64,000 bases of DNA from a virus. The position numbers were made by a program, and so were the translations under genes. The notes beneath the pieces are model-generated. The model did not search any database. It was not told the DNA's origin and saw nothing but the letters and a program-made list of their open reading frames with translations. Below, piece after piece: positions 9,901-23,000 of this stretch. The stretch lies in IMG/VR virus record IMGVR_UViG_3300042988_000341, positions 1-64,000 of that record; one strand, 5' to 3'. The number at the start of each line of letters is the position of its first letter. Within the stretch, counting starts at the first letter, position 1.

Positions 9901-10332
9901 ATGGCACTATTTACCGGCTTTTCGACGATTGACATTAACACTCCAGCATCAAAAATTATTGATGGGCTGTTGATCGAAAATAAGACACTAGGAAAGAAGT
10001 TCAAACTCACGGACAAAGAATTAATCGTTAGGGACTTAATGAACTCATTGTCAATCAAGCAGGGTGAAAAGGTAGGCAATCCTACATATGGCACTGCCAT
10101 CTGGAGCTATGTGTTTGATCCAAGTACTGATGAATTACACGCCGAAATGGAAAGTGAAATCAGAAGAGTGATTGCCTTAGATCCTCGAGTAATCCTACAC
10201 TCATGTACTGTAACGCCAAGCGAGAATGATGTGAGTATAGAGATGGAAGTTGAGTTTAATCCGTTCGCAGAAATAAGCATCATTGGATTAAGTCTTAGTA
10301 AGAGTACAGGCACTGTCTCACAAATCTCATAA
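9901..10332 (+). CDS. gp25: baseplate wedge/sheath initiator (gp25/GPW family)
   Basis: GEKVGNPTYGTAIWSYVFDP...DPRV motif; start reassigned to ATG 9901. Confidence 0.88.
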   Translation: MALFTGFSTIDINTPASKIIDGLLIENKTLGKKFKLTDKELIVRDLMNSLSIKQGEKVGNPTYGTAIWSYVFDPSTDELHAEMESEIRRVIALDPRVILHSCTVTPSENDVSIEMEVEFNPFAEISIIGLSLSKSTGTVSQIS

Positions 10333-10352
10333 AAGTCAGTGATTTTCAGCGT

Positions 10353-10360
10353 GATAAATA
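10353..10360 (+). promoter_or_regulatory. late promoter box
   Basis: GATAAATA upstream of gp6, flanked by GTGATTT/AAATCAC inverted repeat. Confidence 0.7.
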
Positions 10361-10381
10361 CTAAATCACGGGAAATCTAAC

Positions 10382-13300
10382 ATGGCATCAACATCAAGAC
10401 AATCAAGTTTATTCGGCGCACAAGACTGGCAAAAGCTGTATCAGGCATACAGCAGCGCTGATTTACAGTCGTATGACTACGAATCCCTACGCAAAAACTT
10501 CATTGACTACCTGACGCAAAATTATCCAGAGACATTCAATGACTATGTTGAGTCAAGTGAATTCGTTGCCTTACTCGATGTCATGGCATATATGGGACAA
10601 GCGTTAGCATTCCGTGGTGACTTAAACGCCCGCGAGAACTTCATGGACACAGCCCAGCGCCGCGACTCTGTAATTAAACTTGCCAACTTAATTAGTTATA
10701 ATCCAAAGAGAAACAACGCAGCGCAGGGTCTAGTAAAAGTTACGGCAGTATCTACTACTGAAAACATCACTGACATCAACGGCAATCAACTAAGCGATCG
10801 TGTGATATTATGGAATGACCCATCAAATTCAAGCTGGCAAGAACAATTCAACACAGTAATTAATGCTACTCTACTTAATAATCAGCGTATAGGTAAGCCC
10901 GGCAACAGTCAAGATTTATTAGGCATCAAAACTGATGAGTACACTATCAACATTCCTGCCTCGCAACTTCCTACATCAACTTATCAAGCACAAGTCGGTG
11001 GCACCACAATGAACTTCGAGCTAGTGTCTATATCTAGTCTAAATCAAGACTACTTGTATGAATTACCGCCAGCTCCCAACAGTCAGTTTAGTATGCTGTA
11101 TAGAAATGATAAACTGGGATACGGTAGCATAAACACTGGATTTTTCTTCTACTTCAAGCAAGGTAGTTTACAAACTGTTGATTTTAGTTTTGCCGAAGCA
11201 ATTCAAAACAATATGCAACTAATAAATGTACAGGGTGTTAACAATTCAGATACATGGTTGTACAAGCTAGACACCACTGGTACACCAACTGATCTATGGA
11301 CTCAAGTTCAGAACGTATATACCGCATCTACTGATAGTAATGGCGCCTCAGTAAAGAGTTTGTACAGTGTGACGAGTAGAGCAAACGATGAAGTAACTTA
11401 TGTTTTTGGCGACGGCGTGTTCTCGACAATACCTACCGGTAATTTTCGTGCGTATGTCCGTAGCAGTAATGCTCTAGAATACACCATTAATCCAACAGAA
11501 ATGTCTGGTATCTCTGTAGACATCAATTACGTCAGTCGTAGTGGTCGCCAAGAGACACTAACAGTCACTTTCTCGCTACAAACTCCCAACAGCACTGCTC
11601 AAAATCGCGAATCACTATCAGCAATCAAAGAACGTGCTCCTGCTAGATTCTATACACAAAATCGTATGGTTAACGGCGAAGACTACACCAGCTTTCCGTT
11701 TACTTTATACAACTCAATCATCAAATCAAAAGCTCTGAACAGAACGAGTATTGGCGTGTCACGCAATCTAGATTTGCTTGACCCAACAGGTAAGTACAGT
11801 TCTACTAACGTGTTTGCTGACGACGGCGCAATTACTTTTGACAATACACCATACACAACAACATTCTCTACTTCTAATACTTACTATGCTACTGAGTTTT
11901 TAAGTAGCACTCTGCCGGCCATTTTAGCAGAATCCGCCACACTACAGTACTATCATACATACTACACTAAGTATCCAGTCACAGCGGAAGTCCCCGAAAC
12001 GGAATGGTGGCTAACATCTATAAACGGAACTCAAGTTACTGGATATTTCTTCACTACCGCTGCCTCTTCTGGTAGTAAAGCGCCAATCGCAGTGGGCTCA
12101 TTCAGTAGTTCGAGTGCTAGATTTATCACAAAGGGAGCGTTACTGGAGTTTGTTCCTAAAGTAGCAGGTCAGTACTTCGATGATAACAACAGATTGACAA
12201 CAGTCAAAACAGGTAAAGAAAGTATCTGGGTAGCAGTTGACGGCGTTGTAGGCGACGGCTATAACTACGGTATAGGTAATTTAAGTTCAGGGCTTGGCCC
12301 GATCACCCTAAGTGGTTATGTACCAAAGAATACAATGATTAGAGCCACTAAAGGCATCATTCCTGAGTTCAGCACCACATTAAGTACTACAATCAGCACA
12401 GAGGCTCTTGCTAAAATTAGACTAAAGCAAAACTTTGCCCTACAGTTCAGCAATGGTAAAATTGTTACTGATGAGCGCTGGTCAGTGATTGATATCCCTA
12501 CGTACACTGGAACTGAACTACGTAATGATTATCTAGTCAAGTTCGAGTATAACGCCACTGATAGTAACTATCTTGTGTCTATTAGAAACGTCAAATACTC
12601 ATTCTCTAGCGTATCGGAAGTAAGATTTACATACGATAGCAGTCAACGTGTTTATGACCCAAAAACAGGACAAGTGCTTAGTGATTATGTCGGTGTTTTA
12701 ATTCCAGGACAATCTGACACCTATTTGAACATCATCGGTCAGCCAGCTCAAAGTGACGGCTACGCAGATGATTTTCAAGTGACCGTGTCTCCGATAAATC
12801 AAACCACTGGTTACTCATCTAATCCAAATTTCTTTGATGTGATAACTGATAGTACAACTGAGCCCACTATTAAAGTAGGCACTACTGTATTCTTCTCCAC
12901 TGCTGTCGGAGATGCCACAGGACTAACCACAACACAGTTACTAGCAAAAGATACAGTGGTTTACTCTGACTCGCTAGTATCACTAGCACAGGTAAGTGAT
13001 GCTGTTTATGAGTATAAAACTGGTCAAGTGTTCTACTGTCCATCAGCATTAGACATAAATCTAACATCAGAAATTATGGTAGGAACAAACTATTATCTAG
13101 TGACCGCTACGTGTAATAGTGATCATAAATTGTTGGATGGAACCACAGTGATCATACGAAATAAAACAACCATCACTGATTACACCAGACCGTATTATGG
13201 CAAGTTCACAATTACTAGAATCAGCGACAAGGTATTCACGTACAAGACGGAGACTACCGTTCAGTTGACAACGCCGTTGACGAATGAGTCGAAAGTAGCA

Positions 13301-14014
13301 GAGCGTTTCTATATTTCTTCGGAAATCCCAGCGACTTACCCTATCGTACTAGAATTATCGGATGTTACGGATAACTACAGCGCTGCTGTTGGCACTGATG
13401 GCTTGAACTTTCAATATCGTCATAACAGCGGACAGACAAGTAGAATTGATCCATCAACAACTAACATCATCGATTTGTATCTAGTTACTCAGAGTTATTA
13501 TACTAACTATACAAATTGGATTACTGACACCACGGGTACTCTAACTGAGCCCGACAAGCCGACACTAAATGAACTACAGCAGTCATACGGTGAATTGGAC
13601 AGCTACAAGATGGTAAGCGATAGTGTAGTGCTGAATAGCGTGACATTTAAGCCACTGTTTGGCTCAAAAGCAATAGCATCACTTCAAGCAACCATCAAAG
13701 TCGTCAAAAATGCCAAGACCACTGCCAGTGATACTCAAATACGTAGTAGTGTGTTGTCGGCGATGAACACATACTTTTCGATTGACAACTGGAATTTCGG
13801 TGACACGTTCTACTTCTCTGAGTTGAGTGCTTATCTACACAGTCAATTAGGCTCAATGATTAGTTCCGTGATCCTGGTATCTAGCGACCCGACCGCAAAA
13901 TTCGGCGATATGTACGAAGTGCGAAGTGCTCCATACGAGATTTTCGTCAATGGCGCAACAGTAAGTGACATTGTGGTACTAAGCAGTTTGACCGCCAGTA
14001 ACATGAATCGATAA
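10382..14014 (+). CDS. gp6: baseplate wedge subunit (gp6-like)
   Basis: FNDYVESSEF, ENFMDTAQRRDSV..LA..ISY.PKR, FGDGVF, ESLSAIKERAP..FYTQNRMVNGEDY motifs. Confidence 0.88.
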   Translation: MASTSRQSSLFGAQDWQKLYQAYSSADLQSYDYESLRKNFIDYLTQNYPETFNDYVESSEFVALLDVMAYMGQALAFRGDLNARENFMDTAQRRDSVIKLANLISYNPKRNNAAQGLVKVTAVSTTENITDINGNQLSDRVILWNDPSNSSWQEQFNTVINATLLNNQRIGKPGNSQDLLGIKTDEYTINIPASQLPTSTYQAQVGGTTMNFELVSISSLNQDYLYELPPAPNSQFSMLYRNDKLGYGSINTGFFFYFKQGSLQTVDFSFAEAIQNNMQLINVQGVNNSDTWLYKLDTTGTPTDLWTQVQNVYTASTDSNGASVKSLYSVTSRANDEVTYVFGDGVFSTIPTGNFRAYVRSSNALEYTINPTEMSGISVDINYVSRSGRQETLTVTFSLQTPNSTAQNRESLSAIKERAPARFYTQNRMVNGEDYTSFPFTLYNSIIKSKALNRTSIGVSRNLDLLDPTGKYSSTNVFADDGAITFDNTPYTTTFSTSNTYYATEFLSSTLPAILAESATLQYYHTYYTKYPVTAEVPETEWWLTSINGTQVTGYFFTTAASSGSKAPIAVGSFSSSSARFITKGALLEFVPKVAGQYFDDNNRLTTVKTGKESIWVAVDGVVGDGYNYGIGNLSSGLGPITLSGYVPKNTMIRATKGIIPEFSTTLSTTISTEALAKIRLKQNFALQFSNGKIVTDERWSVIDIPTYTGTELRNDYLVKFEYNATDSNYLVSIRNVKYSFSSVSEVRFTYDSSQRVYDPKTGQVLSDYVGVLIPGQSDTYLNIIGQPAQSDGYADDFQVTVSPINQTTGYSSNPNFFDVITDSTTEPTIKVGTTVFFSTAVGDATGLTTTQLLAKDTVVYSDSLVSLAQVSDAVYEYKTGQVFYCPSALDINLTSEIMVGTNYYLVTATCNSDHKLLDGTTVIIRNKTTITDYTRPYYGKFTITRISDKVFTYKTETTVQLTTPLTNESKVAERFYISSEIPATYPIVLELSDVTDNYSAAVGTDGLNFQYRHNSGQTSRIDPSTTNIIDLYLVTQSYYTNYTNWITDTTGTLTEPDKPTLNELQQSYGELDSYKMVSDSVVLNSVTFKPLFGSKAIASLQATIKVVKNAKTTASDTQIRSSVLSAMNTYFSIDNWNFGDTFYFSELSAYLHSQLGSMISSVILVSSDPTAKFGDMYEVRSAPYEIFVNGATVSDIVVLSSLTASNMNR

Positions 14015-14035
14015 GAAAATCAGCGTTTTTGCCAA

Positions 14036-14043
14036 GATAAATA
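14036..14043 (+). promoter_or_regulatory. late promoter box
   Basis: GATAAATA upstream of the giant ORF. Confidence 0.7.
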
Positions 14044-14070
14044 CTATATCTACAACAGGTAAAGTATAAA

Positions 14071-17000
14071 ATGGTGAACCAAGTCAGAACCCTCGATTTT
14101 CTTCCAGAGATTTTTCAAACTGAAACTAACGATCAGTTTCTATCATCAACGCTGGATGTTCTAACCAAACAGCCGAACATGACCCGTGTCCAGGGTTACA
14201 TCGGTAACAAATATGGCTATGCTATCGAGGCCGGTGACAATTACGTCACAGAGACTACACAGAGTCGCAGTAATTATCAATTAGATCCTGCTGTTGTTTT
14301 TCTAAAAGAAGACACACAGATTGCTCAAGATTTTATCGACTATCCCGGCATCATTGCTGCTCTTACTAACGGCGGCGGCGTAACATCAAATCATAACAAA
14401 CTATTCAGCAACACTTTTTACAGTTGGGACAGTTTCGCGGATATCGATAAACTGGTAAACTATGCACAATATTACTGGTTACCATTAGGGCCTGACGCTA
14501 TTCTAATCTATGAAGATGTCGATGTCACTGATATTTTAGGCAAAACTAACTACACGGCGCCAAATGGCCTAGCATTCGTCAATGGTTTAAAAGTAAACTT
14601 CTCTGGTACAGTCACTCCGTCTAATTACGCTAACGTAGATTACTACGTAGAAGGCGTTGGTACATCAATCACTTTAGTGCCAGCAAGCGAACTGCTATGT
14701 ACGGAAGTTACTGGTGGCGGCATCTATACACCGTGGGACAATGATCCGTATGATACTGTTGACTGGAGCATTTCTCTCTACGTGCCTATTCAGCCTGACT
14801 ACATCGTAATCAATAGAAGTAGCAGAGATAGAAACGCATGGAGTAGAGGTAATCGCTGGTTCCATCAAGGCGTAATCGACGCTACTGTCAAATACAATGG
14901 CGATGTAACTAACAATCAGTACAACACTCAAACCCGCGCTCAGCGCCCTATTGTAGAATTTCAAGGCAATATGTCGTTGTATAACAGCGGCAAGTCATAT
15001 GCTGCCATTGTAGATTTTATCGACACTCGTACAAAAGATGCGCTATCAACAGTGGCCGGTAGTAACGGCATTCAAGTTAAGACAGACGTTAATCGTACTA
15101 GTAATCGAGTATCAACGGAAGGTATTGTCGTCAATGACACTACTAATTTAGTAGAAGGTATGACAGTAACATTCTCTGGCAACTTGCCGATTGAGTTGGA
15201 TGCCACTAAAGAATACGTAATTCGCTCAATCGATAACGTTCTATCTACCATCACTGTTAGTTTGCCACCAACTGTATTAAACGGCACTACTACATATCAC
15301 CCAGTAATCAAAGCTACGGTGGGTTCATATGACATGAAGGTAACTGGCATCTCTGAGATCGGTCTACTAAACGATACTACCGTCGTATTCGCTAACGATA
15401 ATGACATCAACGTTCGTAAAACTGTGTACAAAGTAACAACAGTAGAAGCGGGCGCAGATGCTAAAAAAATCATCGCATTAACACCTCTGCCTAACGTAAC
15501 AGTAGAGACTGGCAGTCAAATTTATGTTGCTGCTGGTCCAGGAGATTATCTAGGCCAGGCATGGCGCTTTGAGATTGACACCACTGGCGTAATTCGTCCG
15601 GCGGGCGATCAAGGCTGGACTCAGAGTCAAAAGAAAATCGCTATTAATCAAAGCCCGTTGTTCGACATCGTTGACGATAATGAAATCAGTTTCTCTGATA
15701 CTTCATTCTACATGAACTCATCATTTGCGGGCTCTAAATTGTTCAGCTACACTATTGGCACTGGCACTAACGACAGCGTGTTAGGATTTGCGACAACATA
15801 CAGTAGTCCAGCCAATACTGGTGACTTCTTGTTCACTGTTCACATGAATAGCGACAAGTTCACTTACACCAATGATAGTACCGGTTCAACGATTACAAAG
15901 ATGATCAGTGATGGTTACGCCCAGTATCGCCCAACGACAACTGCTACAGTAAAACGCACCGGTTGGGTAAAAGCAGTAGCTCCGAGTGTACAATATCAAG
16001 TATTCATATTTGACGTGACTGATGTCAACAAGAGCGGTCTTGTGTGTGATGTGGCAATGAGTTCAGAAGCGCAGACTCTATGGGCTCCTATAAAAATATA
16101 CAAGAATGGTGAGTTCATTGATAGCTCATACTACAAGACGACAGTTGATACTACTATCGGCACTACAATAGTAACATTCAATGATGGTCTATCAGTGGGC
16201 GATCAAGTATCAGTACAACTTATTAGTGATCAGGTAAGTAAGACTGCGTACTACCAGATTCCAAGTAATTTACAAAGTAACCCATTCAATACACAAATCA
16301 GTAGTGTTGCTGCTGGTGACTTGAAGAATTACTACAACAGCATCTTTGGTAATGCTCCGAACGCAGCTGGTGTAGTATTCGGTCAGAATAACTTGGGCAA
16401 CTTAGGCGACCTAGCAAAGTACGGCAACACAATTATTCAGAATAGTGCTAGTCTGTTATTACCTGGCGTATTCTTACGTAAGTCATCGTACAACATTCAG
16501 GATGCTCTACAGTACAACTGTGACGAGTACATGGATTATAAGCATACGTTGCTACAACTAGCGTACACTGGTGATTACAGTGTATATCAAACAGTTGACA
16601 CCATCCTAGATGACATCATCTATCAGATTTCTAGTGCTAAGAACGAAAGTGACTCTTTCTATTGGAGTGACATGATCGTTAGCGGTAGCCCATTTAGTGT
16701 CAATACATACTCATTTGGTGCGGCGGTGACGGTTGCTACATTTGCTACTAGTAGAGTTTATGACTTTGCTAATGCTAACTACTACGGTCTAGCCGTGTAT
16801 ATTACGGAAACAGTAGATGGCGTTACTACGACATCTCAGCTAATCAGAGGCGTGGATTACTTTCCAAGTACCACTGAACCTAGTGTCACTATTAAACGCT
16901 CAATATCAACTAGCACAACAATCACAGTCAAAGAATACAATCAGACGTGGGGTAGTTATATCCCCAACACCCCAACAAAACTAGGTTTGTACCCAGCAAC

Positions 17001-20000
17001 TATACCGCATGTCAAGCTAGATGCTACGTACACTCAACCGACTTACTTCATCGTCGGTCACGACGGCAGTCACAACAGATTGTATGGCACATATACTGAC
17101 GGTAAGTTAGATGACTTCCGCGATCTAGCATTGCTCGAATTCGAAACTAGAATTTACAACAACTTAAAAGTCAGCGGAGATATTCCACTACAATACACTG
17201 ATGTGTTTCCTGGTCAGTGGCGTAAAACTGATTATAGTTGGGAAGAAATCTTACCAACATATACTTCTAACTTCTTGAACTGGGTAGGCAAAAATAAACT
17301 TGGTGACTATCGTCGTCAAGTATTCTCGCACACTAATAGCTTCTCATTTAACTACAACAAAGCAACAAATACAGCCGACAGCACTCTATTAAAACAAGGT
17401 AACTGGCGCGGCATCTACAACTGGTTCTACGACACTAGCAACCCAGCGGATGCTCCATGGGAGATGTTAGGCTTTACTACTAAACCTCAATGGTGGGACA
17501 GTCGTTACGGTAGTGCTCCGTACACAACAGGCAACATGTTAATGTGGCAAGACATTGCTGATGGACGAGTGTGGAACAACGGTACACCGTACATTGACAG
17601 CACTCGTGTTCGTCCTGGACTCCTAAAGACACTACCGGTGGATGATGCTGGCGCATTAATAGATCCTCTAGTAAAGATTATTAAAAACTACGACAGTCTA
17701 ACGTTCGAACGTGGATGGGTAGCCGGCGATCAAGGTCCAACTGAAACTAGTTACTTGAAGAGTAGTAGTTGGCCATTCGACTTGATGAAGTTGATGAGTG
17801 TTTTAAAACCAGCTGACTTCTATAACTTGAATGCTGACCGCGACATGTATAAGTACGACTCAGACTTAGATCAGTATCTATTCAACGGTAGATATCATTT
17901 AGACCCAGCGGATCTAATAATCTACGGCAACGGCACTGCTAAGCACAGTTACATCAACTGGGTAGTAGACTACATCAATCAAACTGGCACAGACGGCCAA
18001 GCATCAGTAGCAACTACGTTAAAGAACATCGATGTTCGTTTAACATACAAACTAGCTGGCTTTAGTGACAAGCAATATCTACGATTCTTAACAGAGAACA
18101 CTGCGCCTAGTGCTACGTCAAATAGCTTATTAATCCCAGATGACAGTTACTCAGTCTTGTTGTACGATAATGTACCTAGTGATAAAGTGACATACAGTAG
18201 TGTAATTATTCAAAAAACTGATAGAGGTTACACTGTTTGGGGTAACAGTATTACTAATCCGTACTTCAAAACAGTAGCGCCAAAAGTCGGACCATATCAG
18301 AAACTTACTTACGGTAATACAACCGTTCAACTATCAACGGTGTACGATGCTGCGTCATCAGTATCAATCGCTTACGGCACTGAGTTCTATACTATTCAGG
18401 GCGTTAGTGAGTTCTTACGCAACTATGGTCGTTGGTTAACTGAGCACGGTGTGGTATTTGAAAACTCACGCGACGATGCTCTAATCGACTGGACAGCTAT
18501 GATCGGCGAGTTCGTTAGTTGGGCTCAGCAAATGTGGGAGACTGGTAGTATCATTAGCTTGAACCCAAACGCTAAAGAATTCAAAATGTACAAATCAGGG
18601 TTGATCGTACAGCCTCTAACATTACACAAAGAAAACTTCATTCTCAATCAAAACTTGATTACCCTCAAGAGTCAGAACATGGCAGTGTTGAGAAACAACG
18701 AAGAGTTTAGTGTACGTGTGCTAAGCGACGGCGACACTATTGCGTACACTAATCTACACTTGAGTACTGTTGAACACGCTATTGTTTTCGACAATCAGAC
18801 AGTATTCGGTGATACTATTTACAATACAGACAGTGGTCTAAGACAAACTCGACTGGTCATGCAAGGCAAGAAAACTGCCGACTGGAGCGGCTACGTAAAC
18901 GCTGACGGTTTTATTCTCAACCAAGCTGACATCAGTGAGTGGGACAACTCTACAAAGTATCCTAAAGGTCAGATTGTTCTGTACAAAAATAAGTACTGGT
19001 TTGCTAAAGAACTAATCCAGCCATCAGATACGTTTGACTACACTCTTTGGACTGAGAGTAATTACGAGAACATCAAACAAGGCTTGTTGCCAAATCCTAG
19101 TACTGCTGCGTATGAGAGTAGTCAACTCTACGATATTCAACAAGCAAACTTAGAACAAGATGAAGATTTACTAGCATTTGGCTTGATAGGTTTCCGTCCA
19201 CGTGATTACATGTCGTTAGCATCGCTATCAGACGTTACGCAAATTAATGTTTACAAAAACATGATTAGCAGTAAGGGTACTAACAAGTCAACACTAGCGT
19301 TCAAGGGAGCAACACCGTTACAGGGCGATCTTGATTATGACGTTCGTGAAAACTGGGCAATCAAAACTAGCAACTTCGGTAGTGTACTAAACAGTAACTT
19401 CGTAGAAACGCCACTATATCAAAATCTACTTACTGGTAACCCAGCGATCATCGGCTTTGGTGACGCGATGGCAAGTACAGTAGATTTCTCGACAATAGGT
19501 TTCAAATCTGGAGTACAGCAAAAAGTTGCTATCGGTGACATCGCATTCAAGGGCAAAAAGAAGAACAAAGGCGGGCAAGACTACAAGTATCAGAACGATT
19601 TGATCAACTACGGACGCAGTCCAGATAACGCAAACTTCCTACCATCATACAGCTTGACGTATGTTGAAGAACGTGGCCTACCAACAGCCGGTTATGTCAA
19701 CATCGATGACGTTGACTACTATGCTTACAACTTATCTGATTTAAACTCTACTGCTACAAACATCTCTGATTTGTATCGCGGTGATGTAGTGTGGGTAGCA
19801 AACTACAACAGTAAGTGGGATGTGTTCACGCCAGTAAGCATTGGCACAGTACTAAGTTCAGTTAGAAACAACTTGAACGACACTGTAACATTGACATTCT
19901 CTGAACCGCATGGTCTACTAGAAGATGATCCGTTTGTAGTTGTTGATTTTGATGATCGTGTAAACGGTTACTACACAGCAACTACCATCGTTGATTTACG

Positions 20001-23000
20001 TTCAGTGGTTATCGATTTAACGCTACCTAAGACAGTTGTAACACTAACTGGCACTGGCATCACATTCAAGTTGTACAGCGTTCGTGTAGAGCAAGCAAGT
20101 AACTTGAGCTTATACACAGAAACAGTGCCGTTTGCGGAATTCTCTACTCGCTTGAGTTGGGTTGACGAAGACACTAGTGGTGACTGGTCCGTACTCGGCG
20201 CTTCGCCTGTGTACGAGAAGCAAACAATAAGCATTGACGCTACACTAACAAAAGCTAGTACTACTGTTGCGGTTACATCTAAGACGGGCGTCATTGTTGG
20301 TCAGCTAGTATCTGGTACCGGTATCGTTAACGGAACTACAGTATCTGCCATCAGCGCAACAACCAATACTATCACTATATCAGTGGCACCAACCGCATCC
20401 AGTGACACTACACTGACATTTGAAAATACACGTACTGGTTACGGCAAGTCAGTGGCATACACTAGTGCTATCGGTGAACTAGTTGTCGCTAATAATGGAC
20501 TGTACAAAAACGGCTCTCTACTACAAACTATCAACGGCATCACCTCAGTAGTAGCATCAGGCACAACAGCGATTTGCAGTAGTCCGTCTACTCTCTATGT
20601 ATTTGACTTCAACTTGAATACAGTATCATTATCTACTCTTTACACTGACGAAACTTACATCATTGTATCGTTGGGCACCATGACACAGAAAGAGTGGAAC
20701 GAACTTGCTAACAGAGATGTAGCGTACAACGTTAATGATACTACAACATACAAAACGTACAAAGTTGGCGATGAAATTATTCCAAAAACAAGTTCATCTA
20801 CGCTATCAGGTACAGTGCGACTAAAGAAACTAGTAGTCAAATCATTGACAGTAGCAAACAACGGTGTCATCACATTAAGTAGAGATACAAACTGGTTGTA
20901 TGTTGCTAACAATACTACACTAACTACATACTTCAAAGTAGGAACTACTTACATCAATACAGGAACTACTACTGTAGGCAGCGAAATCACAAGTCTAGCA
21001 ACAGCTAAAGACGGCAGTAAAGTAATCGTAGGCGCCAGCAATCAAGCATTGTTAGTCGGTGACGAGACATACTCGGAAGGTGGCGTAGTCTACGTTTATG
21101 ACAGAGCAAGCCGCTCATACCTACAAGATGTATTGACTAACAAAGTATTTACAGTATCGTCAGCAATAACTGGCGAGGTAGCTCAAGTTTACATCAACGC
21201 TACTCTACAAGAAGCTAGTAGTTACAGTGTTGTTGGTTCAACAGTTACGTTTACCGTAGCGCCGCCAGTAGGCACAACCATCTACATCAACTACGGCGCT
21301 CTAACAAAGCAGCAGACAATTACAAGTAGCAAGCCGCACATCGGCGCAAACTTCGGTCGCTCCGTCGCCACAAACAGATACGGCGCAGAAATTACTGTCG
21401 GCGCACCATACGAACTAGCAACAGTCAATGAAGTTAAGAACGTTGAAGGCGCAGTATATCGCTTCACTAATGCCGGTCAACGCTACGGCACTGTAACTGC
21501 TACAGTAAGTGAGAGTACGGATGTGGCCGGTACATTGTACATTGACGGGTTCGAAGTAAACTACAGCACTAGTAGCAAGTTAGCAAACCCAACACTACCA
21601 GCATCAGCAACTAATCCTGAGATGCCTAGTAGCATCACTGACAATAAGCGTAACCGCGTGGCGTATCAAATCAACTCCATCGAGCCAACTAACGTTGTTG
21701 CTACATACGGCGACACCGCAACTATGACCCTGTCAAACAAAGTCGGCACTGCTGCTGTACCTAATGATCAGATTGACATTGTTGGTGCCACAGAAGCAGC
21801 GCTATCTGACATCGGCATCACCCCATACATCAAGACACAAGTCATCAACGACAAGAACTTAGATACAAATAGTCAATTCGGCTGGACAGTAGCAATGAAT
21901 CAAGATGACAGTACTAGAGACAGTATCATCGTCAGTGCTCGTTCAGTAGATACGTTCAGTGAAACTACATTCGACTTCACCAATGACTTAAACGCCATGA
22001 ACGATTGTATCTTCGACAATGGCGCTACAACATTCATCGATAAGTTTCCGTTCACCGGCGGCGTATATCAATACGACTACTTGTCTTCAAATAGTGAGAC
22101 AATTGATGCTCCAGGCAAGTACACATTCGGTCAATACTGTATCATCCCAACTACAGACAGTGAACGAAGTCTACAATCAACAGCCCCTCATTACGGCAGT
22201 GCGCTATCATTCACGGACGGCGTAATCACTGTCGGTAGCCCAGACTGGTACAAATCAGGCACAGGCCGTGTCACTACTTTCAAAATCGATAGCTCATCAA
22301 CAAAGACAAGTAGTTGGTACACAGACAAGCAACCATTACCGCGTGTGGATGTCAATCGTCTAAGTACGATCTCTATCTACGATACAGAAACTAACAAAAC
22401 ACTAGATAGACTAGACTACATCGATCCTGCTCAGGGAAAGATGCTGTCCGCCGTTGAAACGAACATTGACATCATTGGTCTTGTCGATCCCGCAGTGTAC
22501 TCAACGGGTACAGTATGGGGAGCGAACCGCGTCGGAACAACATGGTTAGACACATCAAACATTCGCTTGATGAACTACAATCAACCAGATGTGACTTACA
22601 ACTCTCGTTACTTTGGTAGAGCATTCCCTGGCAGTACTGCGGACATCTACACTTGGATTAGTAGCTCAGTGCTACCAGTTGACTACAGTGGTAGCGGCTA
22701 TACATCCAACTTCAATGACTATGTAAGTGCCACAATCATTGATAAGTCTAGTAATACTCTAACCACTGAGTACTATTTCTGGGTAAAAGGCTACGATCAA
22801 GTTCCTGTAGGTAAGACATTAAGTCCATCAGTACTCAGTCAATACATTTTGAACCCAGCTAACAGTGGGGTAGCATTCTTGGGAGCGCTAACTACAAACA
22901 CAGTAGCTCTATTCAATGCTCAAGATAGTATTCAAAGTCACTCAAGTGCCCTACATTTAGGTTATAGTGTCGGTAACAACAGCGACCGTGGTCATCAAGA